Shown here piece by piece: positions 49,198-57,011 of a DNA stretch of 64,000 nt. The position numbers and the translations under genes are program-made. Position 1 is the stretch's first letter, and every line of letters begins with the position of its first letter. The stretch lies in NCBI GenBank assembly GCA_963781585.1, contig CAWAGQ010000004.1, forward strand, positions 928,001 through 992,000, given 5' to 3'. Origin of the DNA: an uncultured Gemmatimonadaceae bacterium. Lineage in GTDB: Bacteria > Gemmatimonadota > Gemmatimonadetes > Gemmatimonadales > Gemmatimonadaceae. A model generated the notes under the pieces. It saw only the letters and a program-made list of their open reading frames with translations. It was not told where the DNA came from and made no database searches.

Positions 49198-52100
49198 CAG
49201 CGGGCGCCTCCGGCCGGTTCGGGATGATTCACCTTTCGCAGGTAGACCACCGCGGTGAACGTGTTGAGTTCCTCGAAGACGTGATAGGCGCGCTGGTCCT
49301 CCACCTGCCTGGCCACCGTCCACGTCTCGTCAGCGGCGTCACCGAACACGATCGCGCGCGACGGACAGGCCGCGGCACACGACGTGGTGAACTCGTCAGG
49401 CCGCAGGTCGCGGTTCTCGAGCTTGGCGAGACTCTCGGCTTCCCGGATGCGCTGCACGCAGAACGTGCACTTCTCCATCACGCCCTTGCCGCGCACCGTG
49501 ACGTCGGGATTGAGCTGGAGGTTGAGGGGATACGGGAACGCATACTGGCGGCGCGCCGGTTCCCCATACCCGAACCAGTTGAAGTAGCGCACCTTGTACG
49601 GACAACCGTTCGAGCAGTAGCGCGTGCCCACGCATCGGTTGTAGACCTGGACGTTCAGACCGTCGGGCGAGTGGTACGTCGCATACACGGGACAGACCGG
49701 CTCGCACGGCGCGTTGCCGCACTGCTGGCAGAGCATCGGCACGAATCGTGTCTCGAACTCGGCGCCGCCCTCCTCGCCGCCCTCGAAGTATCGCTCGAGG
49801 CGAATCCAGGTCATCTCGCGACCCTTCAGGATGTTCGCGCCCGGCGTCGCGTCCCAGCCGCTGGCGTCCTCGCTCGTGGTCGGGCGCAGCGCCCTCCCCT
49901 GCCATCGCGCCCCCACGGTCGGGATGTTGTTCTCGGCGGAACACGCCACGAGACAGGCGGAGCAGCCGGTGCACCGGGCGAGGTCGATCGTCATTGCCCA
50001 GCGCCGGCGGGTCATCCCGCTCCAGTGGTCCGGCGCGTACATGCCCTTGTTGTTCGACGACTGGCTCCCGAGGTTGCCTTCGGCGTCGTTGGCGACCGGC
50101 GCCCGCAGACCCGGCAGGAATTCGTGTGACGCGTCTCCCGGGAGCTGCGGCTCCTCACGCCGCGGGATCTGGCCGGACGCGAGTTGCGCCGCGGTCACCG
50201 CCTGGGCGATGCCGCGCCCATGCTGGCGCGCCGATCCCTCGGTGGTGACCAGAGGCGAGTTCCCATCGGCCTTCGCCACCCGCGCCCGTACCTGGGTGAG
50301 CGCCAGCTGGCCGGCCGCGTTCCAGCTCGCGCCTAACGCATCGAGCGGATTGACGCCGATGCCCTGGGCGTATCGGCCGTACGAGGTGTGGCCACGACCG
50401 AGGGCCACTGCGACCGTATCTGCGCGCACGCCAAGATAGACGTAGGCTGGCGCCGTGATGCTGCCGGCCGGGGTGGTGACCGTCAGGTGGTCGCCGTTCT
50501 CGACACCGAGTCGCGCGGCCGCCGACGGATGGATCTCGATCCACGATTGCCACGAGATCTTGGTGACCGGATCGGCCAGCTCCTGCAGCCAGGGCTTGTT
50601 CCCGCCGGCACCGGTGCCCAGCACGGGGGACGGGTAGGCGACCAGGAAGAAGTCGCCGTCGCCGGTAATGGCCGGCGTGGCTGCCGTCGCGAGCGCCGGC
50701 TGATGCGCCGCATCCCGGGCGATCGCACTCCCGTGGCCCAGCCCGCTCTCCAGCGCCTGGGTGAAGCCCCCCATCCCCGTGGGATAGTGCGCCAGCAGCC
50801 ACTCGCGATACGTCTTCCACGGGAATCGCGCCGACTGCGACGGGTCGCCTCCAGCCAACTGGAGCAACACGTCGGCCGCGGCGCGGGTATCGAACACCCG
50901 CTCCATCACCGGCTGTTGGAGTGCCAGCGTCCCGTGCACCGGCTCGGCGTCACCCCACGCTTCCAGCGGGTGATCGTCAGGCAGGATCAGGTCGCACTGC
51001 TCGCTCGTCTCGTCGGGATAGCTCGAGAACGACACCTTGAACGGGACCTGGTCCATCGCGGCCGCGAACTGCAGCGAGCGCGGCGCGTCGAATACCGGAT
51101 TGGCGCCCCGCACGAACAGCAGTTCCACCTGGTTGCCGTTCATCTCGCGGGTGAGCTCGGCCAGCGCCATGCTGCCGCCGACGCCGCCGAACGTCGTGAT
51201 TGCCTCGGCGGGCTTGATCGTGGCGCCCACGTTCCCGGCCGCCTTGTTGATCCGAGCGACGGTCTGTGCGACCAGGTGCGCGTCGGGCGTCGAGACGCCC
51301 GAGACCACCAGGCTCGGTTTGGCAGCGACGAGTTCGCCGGCCAGGCGCTGGAGCTGCGCTTCGGCGACGCCGCTGGCATCGGCGGCATCCTTGAACGAAC
51401 CCCCGCCGCCTAACGAGGCGAGCAGGGCACCGGCGATCGCGCCCTCGCTGCCGGGCTTGCAGGCGAGCCACTCGTCGGCGTTGAGACCGGTGAGCGAACG
51501 CCGGGGACCGATATAAACGAATCGCGGCGCGTTCTGCAGGCGCGCCCGGGCCTGTGCGAAGTCGAGCTGCTGGGGCACATTCGCTCCCCAGGTCTCGAGA
51601 AAGTCCGCGCCGAACGACACGATCAGACGCGCCGCCCCGAAATCGAGCGCCGGCCACAGCGCTCCGTATTCCTGCGCATTCACGGCGCGGGCGACGAGAT
51701 CCGCCTCGCTGTCGACCACCAGATGGCCGCCGAAGCCGAACCCCGCCATCCACTGATCGATGAACGCGGGAAAGCTGCCCGCCTCGTGGCGCGAGAGAAA
51801 TCGAACCGCGCGACGCGACCGGACAGCGCGCAGGCGATCGCCGAGCAGCTGCAGCGCCGCGTCCCACGTGGTCGGTGACAGGCGACCGGCCTGGCGCAGC
51901 ATCGGCCCGCGGAACCGGTCGGGATTGTACAACCCCTGCAGCGCCGCCTGACCCCGCGCGCAGAGCGCGCCGCGATTCACCGGATGCTCGGGATTCCCCT
52001 CGAGCTTGATCGCGCGCCCATCGCGCACCTCGGCCACCACCCCGCACCCGGCCGAACATTCCCGGCACAGCGTGCTGTAGTACGTGGACACGCCCGGCAC

Positions 52101-52229
52101 CGTGTGATCCGGCGACATGAGGTAGGGCACGAGCTTCTCGACCTGCTCCTGATAGCAGCCCACGGCGGTGGTGGCCGCGCCGGCCGCGCCGAGGACTTTG
52201 AGAAACTCGCGTCTCCGCACTCCGCTCAT
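49197..52229 (-). CDS. actB: Alternative complex III subunit ActB (molybdopterin-oxidoreductase-like domain fused to a 4Fe-4S domain)
   Basis: Tat motif RRREFLK, IKLEGNPEHP, and C-terminal CTGCSAC, CQQCGNAPCEPVCP, CVGTRYC and EKCTFC. Confidence 0.93.
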   Translation of the reverse strand: MSGVRRREFLKVLGAAGAATTAVGCYQEQVEKLVPYLMSPDHTVPGVSTYYSTLCRECSAGCGVVAEVRDGRAIKLEGNPEHPVNRGALCARGQAALQGLYNPDRFRGPMLRQAGRLSPTTWDAALQLLGDRLRAVRSRRAVRFLSRHEAGSFPAFIDQWMAGFGFGGHLVVDSEADLVARAVNAQEYGALWPALDFGAARLIVSFGADFLETWGANVPQQLDFAQARARLQNAPRFVYIGPRRSLTGLNADEWLACKPGSEGAIAGALLASLGGGGSFKDAADASGVAEAQLQRLAGELVAAKPSLVVSGVSTPDAHLVAQTVARINKAAGNVGATIKPAEAITTFGGVGGSMALAELTREMNGNQVELLFVRGANPVFDAPRSLQFAAAMDQVPFKVSFSSYPDETSEQCDLILPDDHPLEAWGDAEPVHGTLALQQPVMERVFDTRAAADVLLQLAGGDPSQSARFPWKTYREWLLAHYPTGMGGFTQALESGLGHGSAIARDAAHQPALATAATPAITGDGDFFLVAYPSPVLGTGAGGNKPWLQELADPVTKISWQSWIEIHPSAAARLGVENGDHLTVTTPAGSITAPAYVYLGVRADTVAVALGRGHTSYGRYAQGIGVNPLDALGASWNAAGQLALTQVRARVAKADGNSPLVTTEGSARQHGRGIAQAVTAAQLASGQIPRREEPQLPGDASHEFLPGLRAPVANDAEGNLGSQSSNNKGMYAPDHWSGMTRRRWAMTIDLARCTGCSACLVACSAENNIPTVGARWQGRALRPTTSEDASGWDATPGANILKGREMTWIRLERYFEGGEEGGAEFETRFVPMLCQQCGNAPCEPVCPVYATYHSPDGLNVQVYNRCVGTRYCSNGCPYKVRYFNWFGYGEPARRQYAFPYPLNLQLNPDVTVRGKGVMEKCTFCVQRIREAESLAKLENRDLRPDEFTTSCAAACPSRAIVFGDAADETWTVARQVEDQRAYHVFEELNTFTAVVYLRKVNHPEPAGGAR

Positions 52230-52236
52230 GCGCGCC

Positions 52237-52881
52237 TCAGAAGTGACAGACGGAACAGTCGTATCGCGCCTTCTTCACCGGCACCGCTTCATCGGCCGCG
52301 GTCGGTGTCACACCCGCCGCGCGCAGCCCGTCGGCCAGACTGTAGCCATTGACGTGGCACTTGACGCACCAGCCCATGTTCAGCGAGGAGAACTGGTACA
52401 CGCGCATCATGGTCTGGATGGGGCCGTGACAGGTCTGGCACGTCACGCCGGCATTCACGTGCCGCATGTGCGGGAAGTGCACGTACTCGGGCAGCTTGTG
52501 GATCCTGATCCACGGAATGCGCTGCCACTTGTCCGGTTGATTCGCCGGCGCGAAGCGCAACAGCTGCGCCAGCCCGGGGCTGCTCTGCACCGGCGTCCCG
52601 CGCCCCATCTGCAGCTGCGCCGCCGAGTTGACGAGGTTGTGGCAGCCCATGCACGTGCTCACGGCCGGGAGGCCGGGATCGGGCGACTTGTACGCGGCGT
52701 AGTGGCAGTAGATGCAGTTGATGCCCAGCACCTGGACGTGCCGGGGGTGCGGGAAATCAACCGGTTGGAGCGGCGCGAAGCCCTGGGAGGAAGAGGCACC
52801 GCTGTAGGCCGATAGACCTAACGCGGCTATCGCAATCGCGAAGAACGCAGGGACCAGCACCCACGTTCGCCGGCTTCTCAT
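52237..52881 (-). CDS. actA: Alternative complex III pentaheme cytochrome c ActA
   Basis: N-terminal TM and five CxxCH motifs (CIYCH, CMGCH, CQTCH, CVKCH, CSVCH); start ATG 52881. Confidence 0.92.
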   Translation of the reverse strand: MRSRRTWVLVPAFFAIAIAALGLSAYSGASSSQGFAPLQPVDFPHPRHVQVLGINCIYCHYAAYKSPDPGLPAVSTCMGCHNLVNSAAQLQMGRGTPVQSSPGLAQLLRFAPANQPDKWQRIPWIRIHKLPEYVHFPHMRHVNAGVTCQTCHGPIQTMMRVYQFSSLNMGWCVKCHVNGYSLADGLRAAGVTPTAADEAVPVKKARYDCSVCHF

Positions 52882-52927
52882 CGACAGAGCACGATGGAGG
52901 ATGAAGGAGGGAGAGGGTGCTGGCGCC

Positions 52928-52945
52928 TTGTGAACAATTTCACAA
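52928..52945. promoter_or_regulatory. Rex-type operator upstream of actA
   Basis: TTGTGAA-CAAT-TTCACAA is an exact match to TTGTGAA-N4-TTCACAA, 46 nt upstream of actA. Confidence 0.75.
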
Positions 52946-53110
52946 GTTCGGAATTCAGCGGCGAAAAATGACGGAGTGTCACCTGACACGCAAGAGAGAG
53001 GATCGGTGCCCATTCGCCGCGCCATTCCTCGGGCGGCCACGGTCGCGAAATACGCGCACATCCAGCACGCACGCCGCGATCACGCGCCGCAGAATCAGCG
53101 CACGGCTGCG

Positions 53111-53899
53111 CTAGCTCAGCTCGAGTTGGCCCAGCTGAACCGGGCGCAGCGCATCCGGCAGCAACGCGAGATTCGCCCGCGGCGTCTGCGCCAGTCGGAG
53201 GGGCCATCCGCTGCCGTAGACGAAGTGGCGCGCTCCGACCGAGCGCAGCAAATGGGCGAAGTCGTCTTCGGGCGGTCCCCAGATCCAGCTGATGTCCCAG
53301 CACACCCGGTCGCGCTCCTCAGCGGTGAGGCCCCAGTGCACCTCCTCGATCAGCCCGCGCCCGGCCGCCGTGACAACGAGGCGCGCCCCCGTGCCGGCGC
53401 GTGCCAGTTCGCGAATCGTCGTGCCGGACAGGTCCGGTGCAACATCGATCGCGTGGCGCTGTCGCGCGTCCTCGAACCGCACGGTCAGGAGGACGGCCAA
53501 CCGGTACTGCGCGGCGGCGGCGGCAAGCTCGACCATCGCCGCATGGCCCGGAGCCAGCCCACACGTCTGCGGATATATTCGAATCGCCCGCGCGCCGAGG
53601 TCCACCGCGCGCTGGAGTGCGTCGCGCCATCCCGGCCAGTCGGGACGAATCGCGGGCGCCGCCAGCAGCCGATCGCGGTGGGGAGCAAGCGCCGACACGA
53701 GCGCGGCGTTCCCGGCGGCCGGGTCCCGATAGAACGCGGCCGGGAGGTATCCCACCCAGGCGCGTTGCACGCCCTCCCGATCCAGCACCCTAACGAGCGC
53801 ATCCGGATCGGGGTGCGGGACATGGCGGAACGGATACGGTCCGATGAACGTGTTGACGTCGAGCGGAATGCCGGCGCCTGACGCCGACGCTCCGGTCAC
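53111..53899 (-). CDS. Amidohydrolase_2-fold protein lacking the HxH metal motif
   Basis: LDVNTFIGPYPFR where DxHxH is expected; AIRIYP and FVYGSGWP; GTGA overlap with the upstream amidohydrolase. Confidence 0.75.
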   Translation of the reverse strand: MTGASASGAGIPLDVNTFIGPYPFRHVPHPDPDALVRVLDREGVQRAWVGYLPAAFYRDPAAGNAALVSALAPHRDRLLAAPAIRPDWPGWRDALQRAVDLGARAIRIYPQTCGLAPGHAAMVELAAAAAQYRLAVLLTVRFEDARQRHAIDVAPDLSGTTIRELARAGTGARLVVTAAGRGLIEEVHWGLTAEERDRVCWDISWIWGPPEDDFAHLLRSVGARHFVYGSGWPLRLAQTPRANLALLPDALRPVQLGQLELS

Positions 53900-54804
53900 C
53901 TGCCGGCTCCGCTCGCGGCGCCGGCCACTGTCGGTTCGCGCGGATCGGACCGCGCCGCTCCGATCCCCGGGAAGGCCGCCGCCGGAAAGATCCGGAGCGC
54001 GTTCCGCCACCGGATGGCGGCGAGGTCATCCTGCCCAAGCCCGATCTCCGCCAGCGCCCACAGCTTCGCGAGTCCGGTCTCCAGGGTCACGTCGGCGCCC
54101 CACAGCAGGCGGCCGCAGCCCACCGCCTCGATGGCGGCGTCCAGCATCCCACGATCGACCCCGCTGCCGGACAGATCGAGATACACGTTAGGCACGGCGC
54201 GGACCGCGGCCAGTGTGTGCGCATAGTCCCCCCCGCCACCAAGATGAGCCAGGATCAGCGCCGCGCGCGGATGCCTCCGCGCCAGCTCGGCCACCTCGAC
54301 GCCGTCCGAGCAATCCTGTCCGGCCACGCTGGGAAACCGTCGCTGCCACACGTGCTGGAGGATCGGCAGGCCGCGCACCGCGGCGAATTCGGCGATCGGA
54401 TCAACCACCCGATCGTTGGCCCGGCGCGCCGCCGCCAGCTTGATCCCCACCGCGCCTGACGCGAGACACCGCTCCAGCTCGGCGATCGCCGCCGGACCGT
54501 CGTTGGGGTTGACCGCCGCATACGTCCGCACCCGGTCGGGCCACGCCCGCTGGAGAGCCAGCATCTCGTCGTTCCCGCGCACGGTGTCGTCCAGCGACTG
54601 GAAGTACACGGGCGAGGTCGCACCCCAGCTTCCAAGAATCGACGAAACGTGCCAGGTGACGCCGATGCGCTCGCCGGCGCGCAGTCGGGCGTCGTTCAGC
54701 TCGCGCCAGTTGGCGCGCCCGCACCCCGCGTAGTAGAAGTGTGCGTGGACGTCGATGAGCGGGGCCGAGCCGCCCAACGGGGCGCCCGCACCGCGCACCG
54801 TCAC
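53896..54804 (-). CDS. Amidohydrolase_2 family metal-dependent hydrolase
   Basis: IDVHAH, GIKL, PILQH, ILAHLGGG, VYLDLSGS and LLWGAD. Confidence 0.87.
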   Translation of the reverse strand: MTVRGAGAPLGGSAPLIDVHAHFYYAGCGRANWRELNDARLRAGERIGVTWHVSSILGSWGATSPVYFQSLDDTVRGNDEMLALQRAWPDRVRTYAAVNPNDGPAAIAELERCLASGAVGIKLAAARRANDRVVDPIAEFAAVRGLPILQHVWQRRFPSVAGQDCSDGVEVAELARRHPRAALILAHLGGGGDYAHTLAAVRAVPNVYLDLSGSGVDRGMLDAAIEAVGCGRLLWGADVTLETGLAKLWALAEIGLGQDDLAAIRWRNALRIFPAAAFPGIGAARSDPREPTVAGAASGAGR

Positions 54805-56168
54805 GCGCGCTCCTTCATCTCATCCACCAGCGCGACGCAGGCCGAGCTGGCCGCCCGCTCGATCTCCACCAGGATCTCGTCCTCCCCGTGCGCGAGCGCC
54901 GCGTAGTTGTAGGCCCCTCGCTTGAACAGCACGCCCTCCCGCACCGCCAGCTCGAGAAAGCGGCGCTCCCATCGCGAATCGTCGAACCGCAACAGCCACA
55001 TCGGGTCGATGCCGGCCACCTCGACACCGGACAGTCCGCTCGCCTGCACCGCGCCGACCAGGCTCTCCCGCATCCGTGAACCGATCTGCCATAACGAGTC
55101 GCAGACGTCCTGCTGCTCGTACGAATCCAGCACCGCACCGACCGCCGCCAGGGCTATCGCTTCACCGGCCAGGGTGGAGGAGATCCACGTGGACTCCGCT
55201 GCCTCCATGATCGCCGCGCGTCCAACCACCGCGGCAATCGGGTAGCCGTTCGACATCGCTTTGCCGAACGTCGCCAGGTCGGGCTGCACTGAGGCGTACT
55301 CCTGGTAGCCGCCTGGCCGCAGCCGGAATCCCGTCTTCATCTCGTCGAAGACCAGCACCGCGCCCAGTTCGTCGCACAGGCGTCGCGCGGCGGCCACCCA
55401 TTCCCCCGACGGCAGCCGCTCGATGACCGGCTCGAGCACCACCGCCGCCAGCTCGCCGCCCGCCGCCCGGCAGGCCCGGTCGAGCGCGCCGACGTCATCG
55501 AACGGAACGGCGTCGAAATCCGCGTGCGCCGCCGCCGGAATCCCGAGGCCGCTGCTCCACCAGTCGAGCCAGCCGAAATATCCGCAGCCGACGACCTGGG
55601 ACCGCGACGTCGCCGCGCGGGCAAGCCGGACTGCCGCCGCGACCGCTTCGGCGCCGCTCTTCAGGAAGCGCACCTGCTCCGCGCACGGAATCACATCGCA
55701 GAGCCGTTCGGCGATCTCCACTTCGCCCGTGTGCGCCAACCCGCCGACGTGTCCGCTTGCGGCGGCGGTGACCACCGCGCGCGTGATCGTCTCGTCGCCG
55801 TAGCCGATCGCCACCGAACCGAGCGCCATGGTGCAATCGAGCAGGCGGGACTCCGATGGCGTGAGGAGATAACAGCCGTTGGCGCGTACGAAATGTGTCG
55901 GCCCCTCCTCGTTCCCTTCGCCATAGAGGGCCGCGGCGCGCTTGCTCCCGGTGGACGAGCTCCCCGGGATGACGTCGCGCGCACGGTCGCGCCACGAGCG
56001 CTCGACGGCCTCCATGTCGAAGTCCTGCTCGGGAAGCAGCCCGCTCTCATCGATTGCGCTCTCGTCCACGGCGCTCTCGTCGTCGGCGCCCGCGGGTTCG
56101 CTCGTCCCGGGTTCCACATCGGGCGGGCTATCCGGATCGCGCTTGCGGAAGAAGCGGCCGAGGGGCAT
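54801..56168 (-). CDS. Class III PLP aminotransferase (GSA aminomutase-like) with an acidic N-terminal extension
   Basis: RFLKSGAEA, VLEPV, VFDEMKTGFR, ATFGKAMSNGYP and SSTLAG. Confidence 0.88.
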   Translation of the reverse strand: MPLGRFFRKRDPDSPPDVEPGTSEPAGADDESAVDESAIDESGLLPEQDFDMEAVERSWRDRARDVIPGSSSTGSKRAAALYGEGNEEGPTHFVRANGCYLLTPSESRLLDCTMALGSVAIGYGDETITRAVVTAAASGHVGGLAHTGEVEIAERLCDVIPCAEQVRFLKSGAEAVAAAVRLARAATSRSQVVGCGYFGWLDWWSSGLGIPAAAHADFDAVPFDDVGALDRACRAAGGELAAVVLEPVIERLPSGEWVAAARRLCDELGAVLVFDEMKTGFRLRPGGYQEYASVQPDLATFGKAMSNGYPIAAVVGRAAIMEAAESTWISSTLAGEAIALAAVGAVLDSYEQQDVCDSLWQIGSRMRESLVGAVQASGLSGVEVAGIDPMWLLRFDDSRWERRFLELAVREGVLFKRGAYNYAALAHGEDEILVEIERAASSACVALVDEMKERA

Positions 56169-56231
56169 GGCGGAAAGTAATGCCCCGCCGCGCAGGCCGC
56201 CGGGCGCCTGCGTCGGCCGGCCGCGCGCCGC

Positions 56232-57011
56232 CTACTCGTCCGCGGCCCGTGGGCCGATGGACCCGCGGGAGCCGCGCAGCCGCCGGATGTACTTCACGAC
56301 CTCGATCGCCATCGCGCGGAGGAGCGAGAGTTCGCGGGCGTTCGGTTCCGCGCGCCAGCCGAGCGACCGGAAAGACCGAAGGACGCGGTCGCGGTTTCGG
56401 GTCTTGAAGAAGTCGATGGCGTCGAGCGCCCGCTCGGCGTCCTGGAAGTAGCGCTCCATTGCCTCGGCGGTGGGGGGCGGGGCGTCCTTGCGCGGGGGGC
56501 GGCGAGGGCGGGTGGCGTCGCCGGCCGCGACGTGGAGTTCGTAGAGCCCGACCATGACCGCCTGCGCCAGATTCAGCGATGCGTGGGCGGTGGTGGGAAT
56601 GACCACGTGGAGCGCCGCCCGGTCGAGCGCTTCGTTAGGCAGACCGCGGTCCTCGCGCCCGAACACGATGGCCACCGGACCGGTGCCGGCCGCCGCGAGC
56701 AATCGCTCGGCGGCCGGGCGCGGGCCGGTCACTGCCCATTTCGCCGCCCGGCGCCGGGCCGTGAACGCCGCCACCAGCACGCAGTCCGCCACCGCCGCCT
56801 GCAGGGTGTCGAAGATCCGCGTGCGACCGACGACATCCAGAGTATCGTGCGCGATGCCCTGAATCCGGCGCACGTCGAACTCGGCGGGGCGAACCAGCCG
56901 GAGTTCCGGCACACCCATGTTCTTCATCGCCCGCATGGTGGCCGCGATGTTGAGCAGGTCCTGCGTTTCGTGCAGCACGACCCGCACGTCCGCCAGCGCC
57001 GAACGGCTCAT
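56232..57011 (-). CDS. trmJ: TrmJ/LasT-family SPOUT RNA methyltransferase
   Basis: VVLHETQDLLNIAATMRAMKNMG, VFGREDRGL and SLNLAQAV; start ATG 57011. Confidence 0.85.
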   Translation of the reverse strand: MSRSALADVRVVLHETQDLLNIAATMRAMKNMGVPELRLVRPAEFDVRRIQGIAHDTLDVVGRTRIFDTLQAAVADCVLVAAFTARRRAAKWAVTGPRPAAERLLAAAGTGPVAIVFGREDRGLPNEALDRAALHVVIPTTAHASLNLAQAVMVGLYELHVAAGDATRPRRPPRKDAPPPTAEAMERYFQDAERALDAIDFFKTRNRDRVLRSFRSLGWRAEPNARELSLLRAMAIEVVKYIRRLRGSRGSIGPRAADE

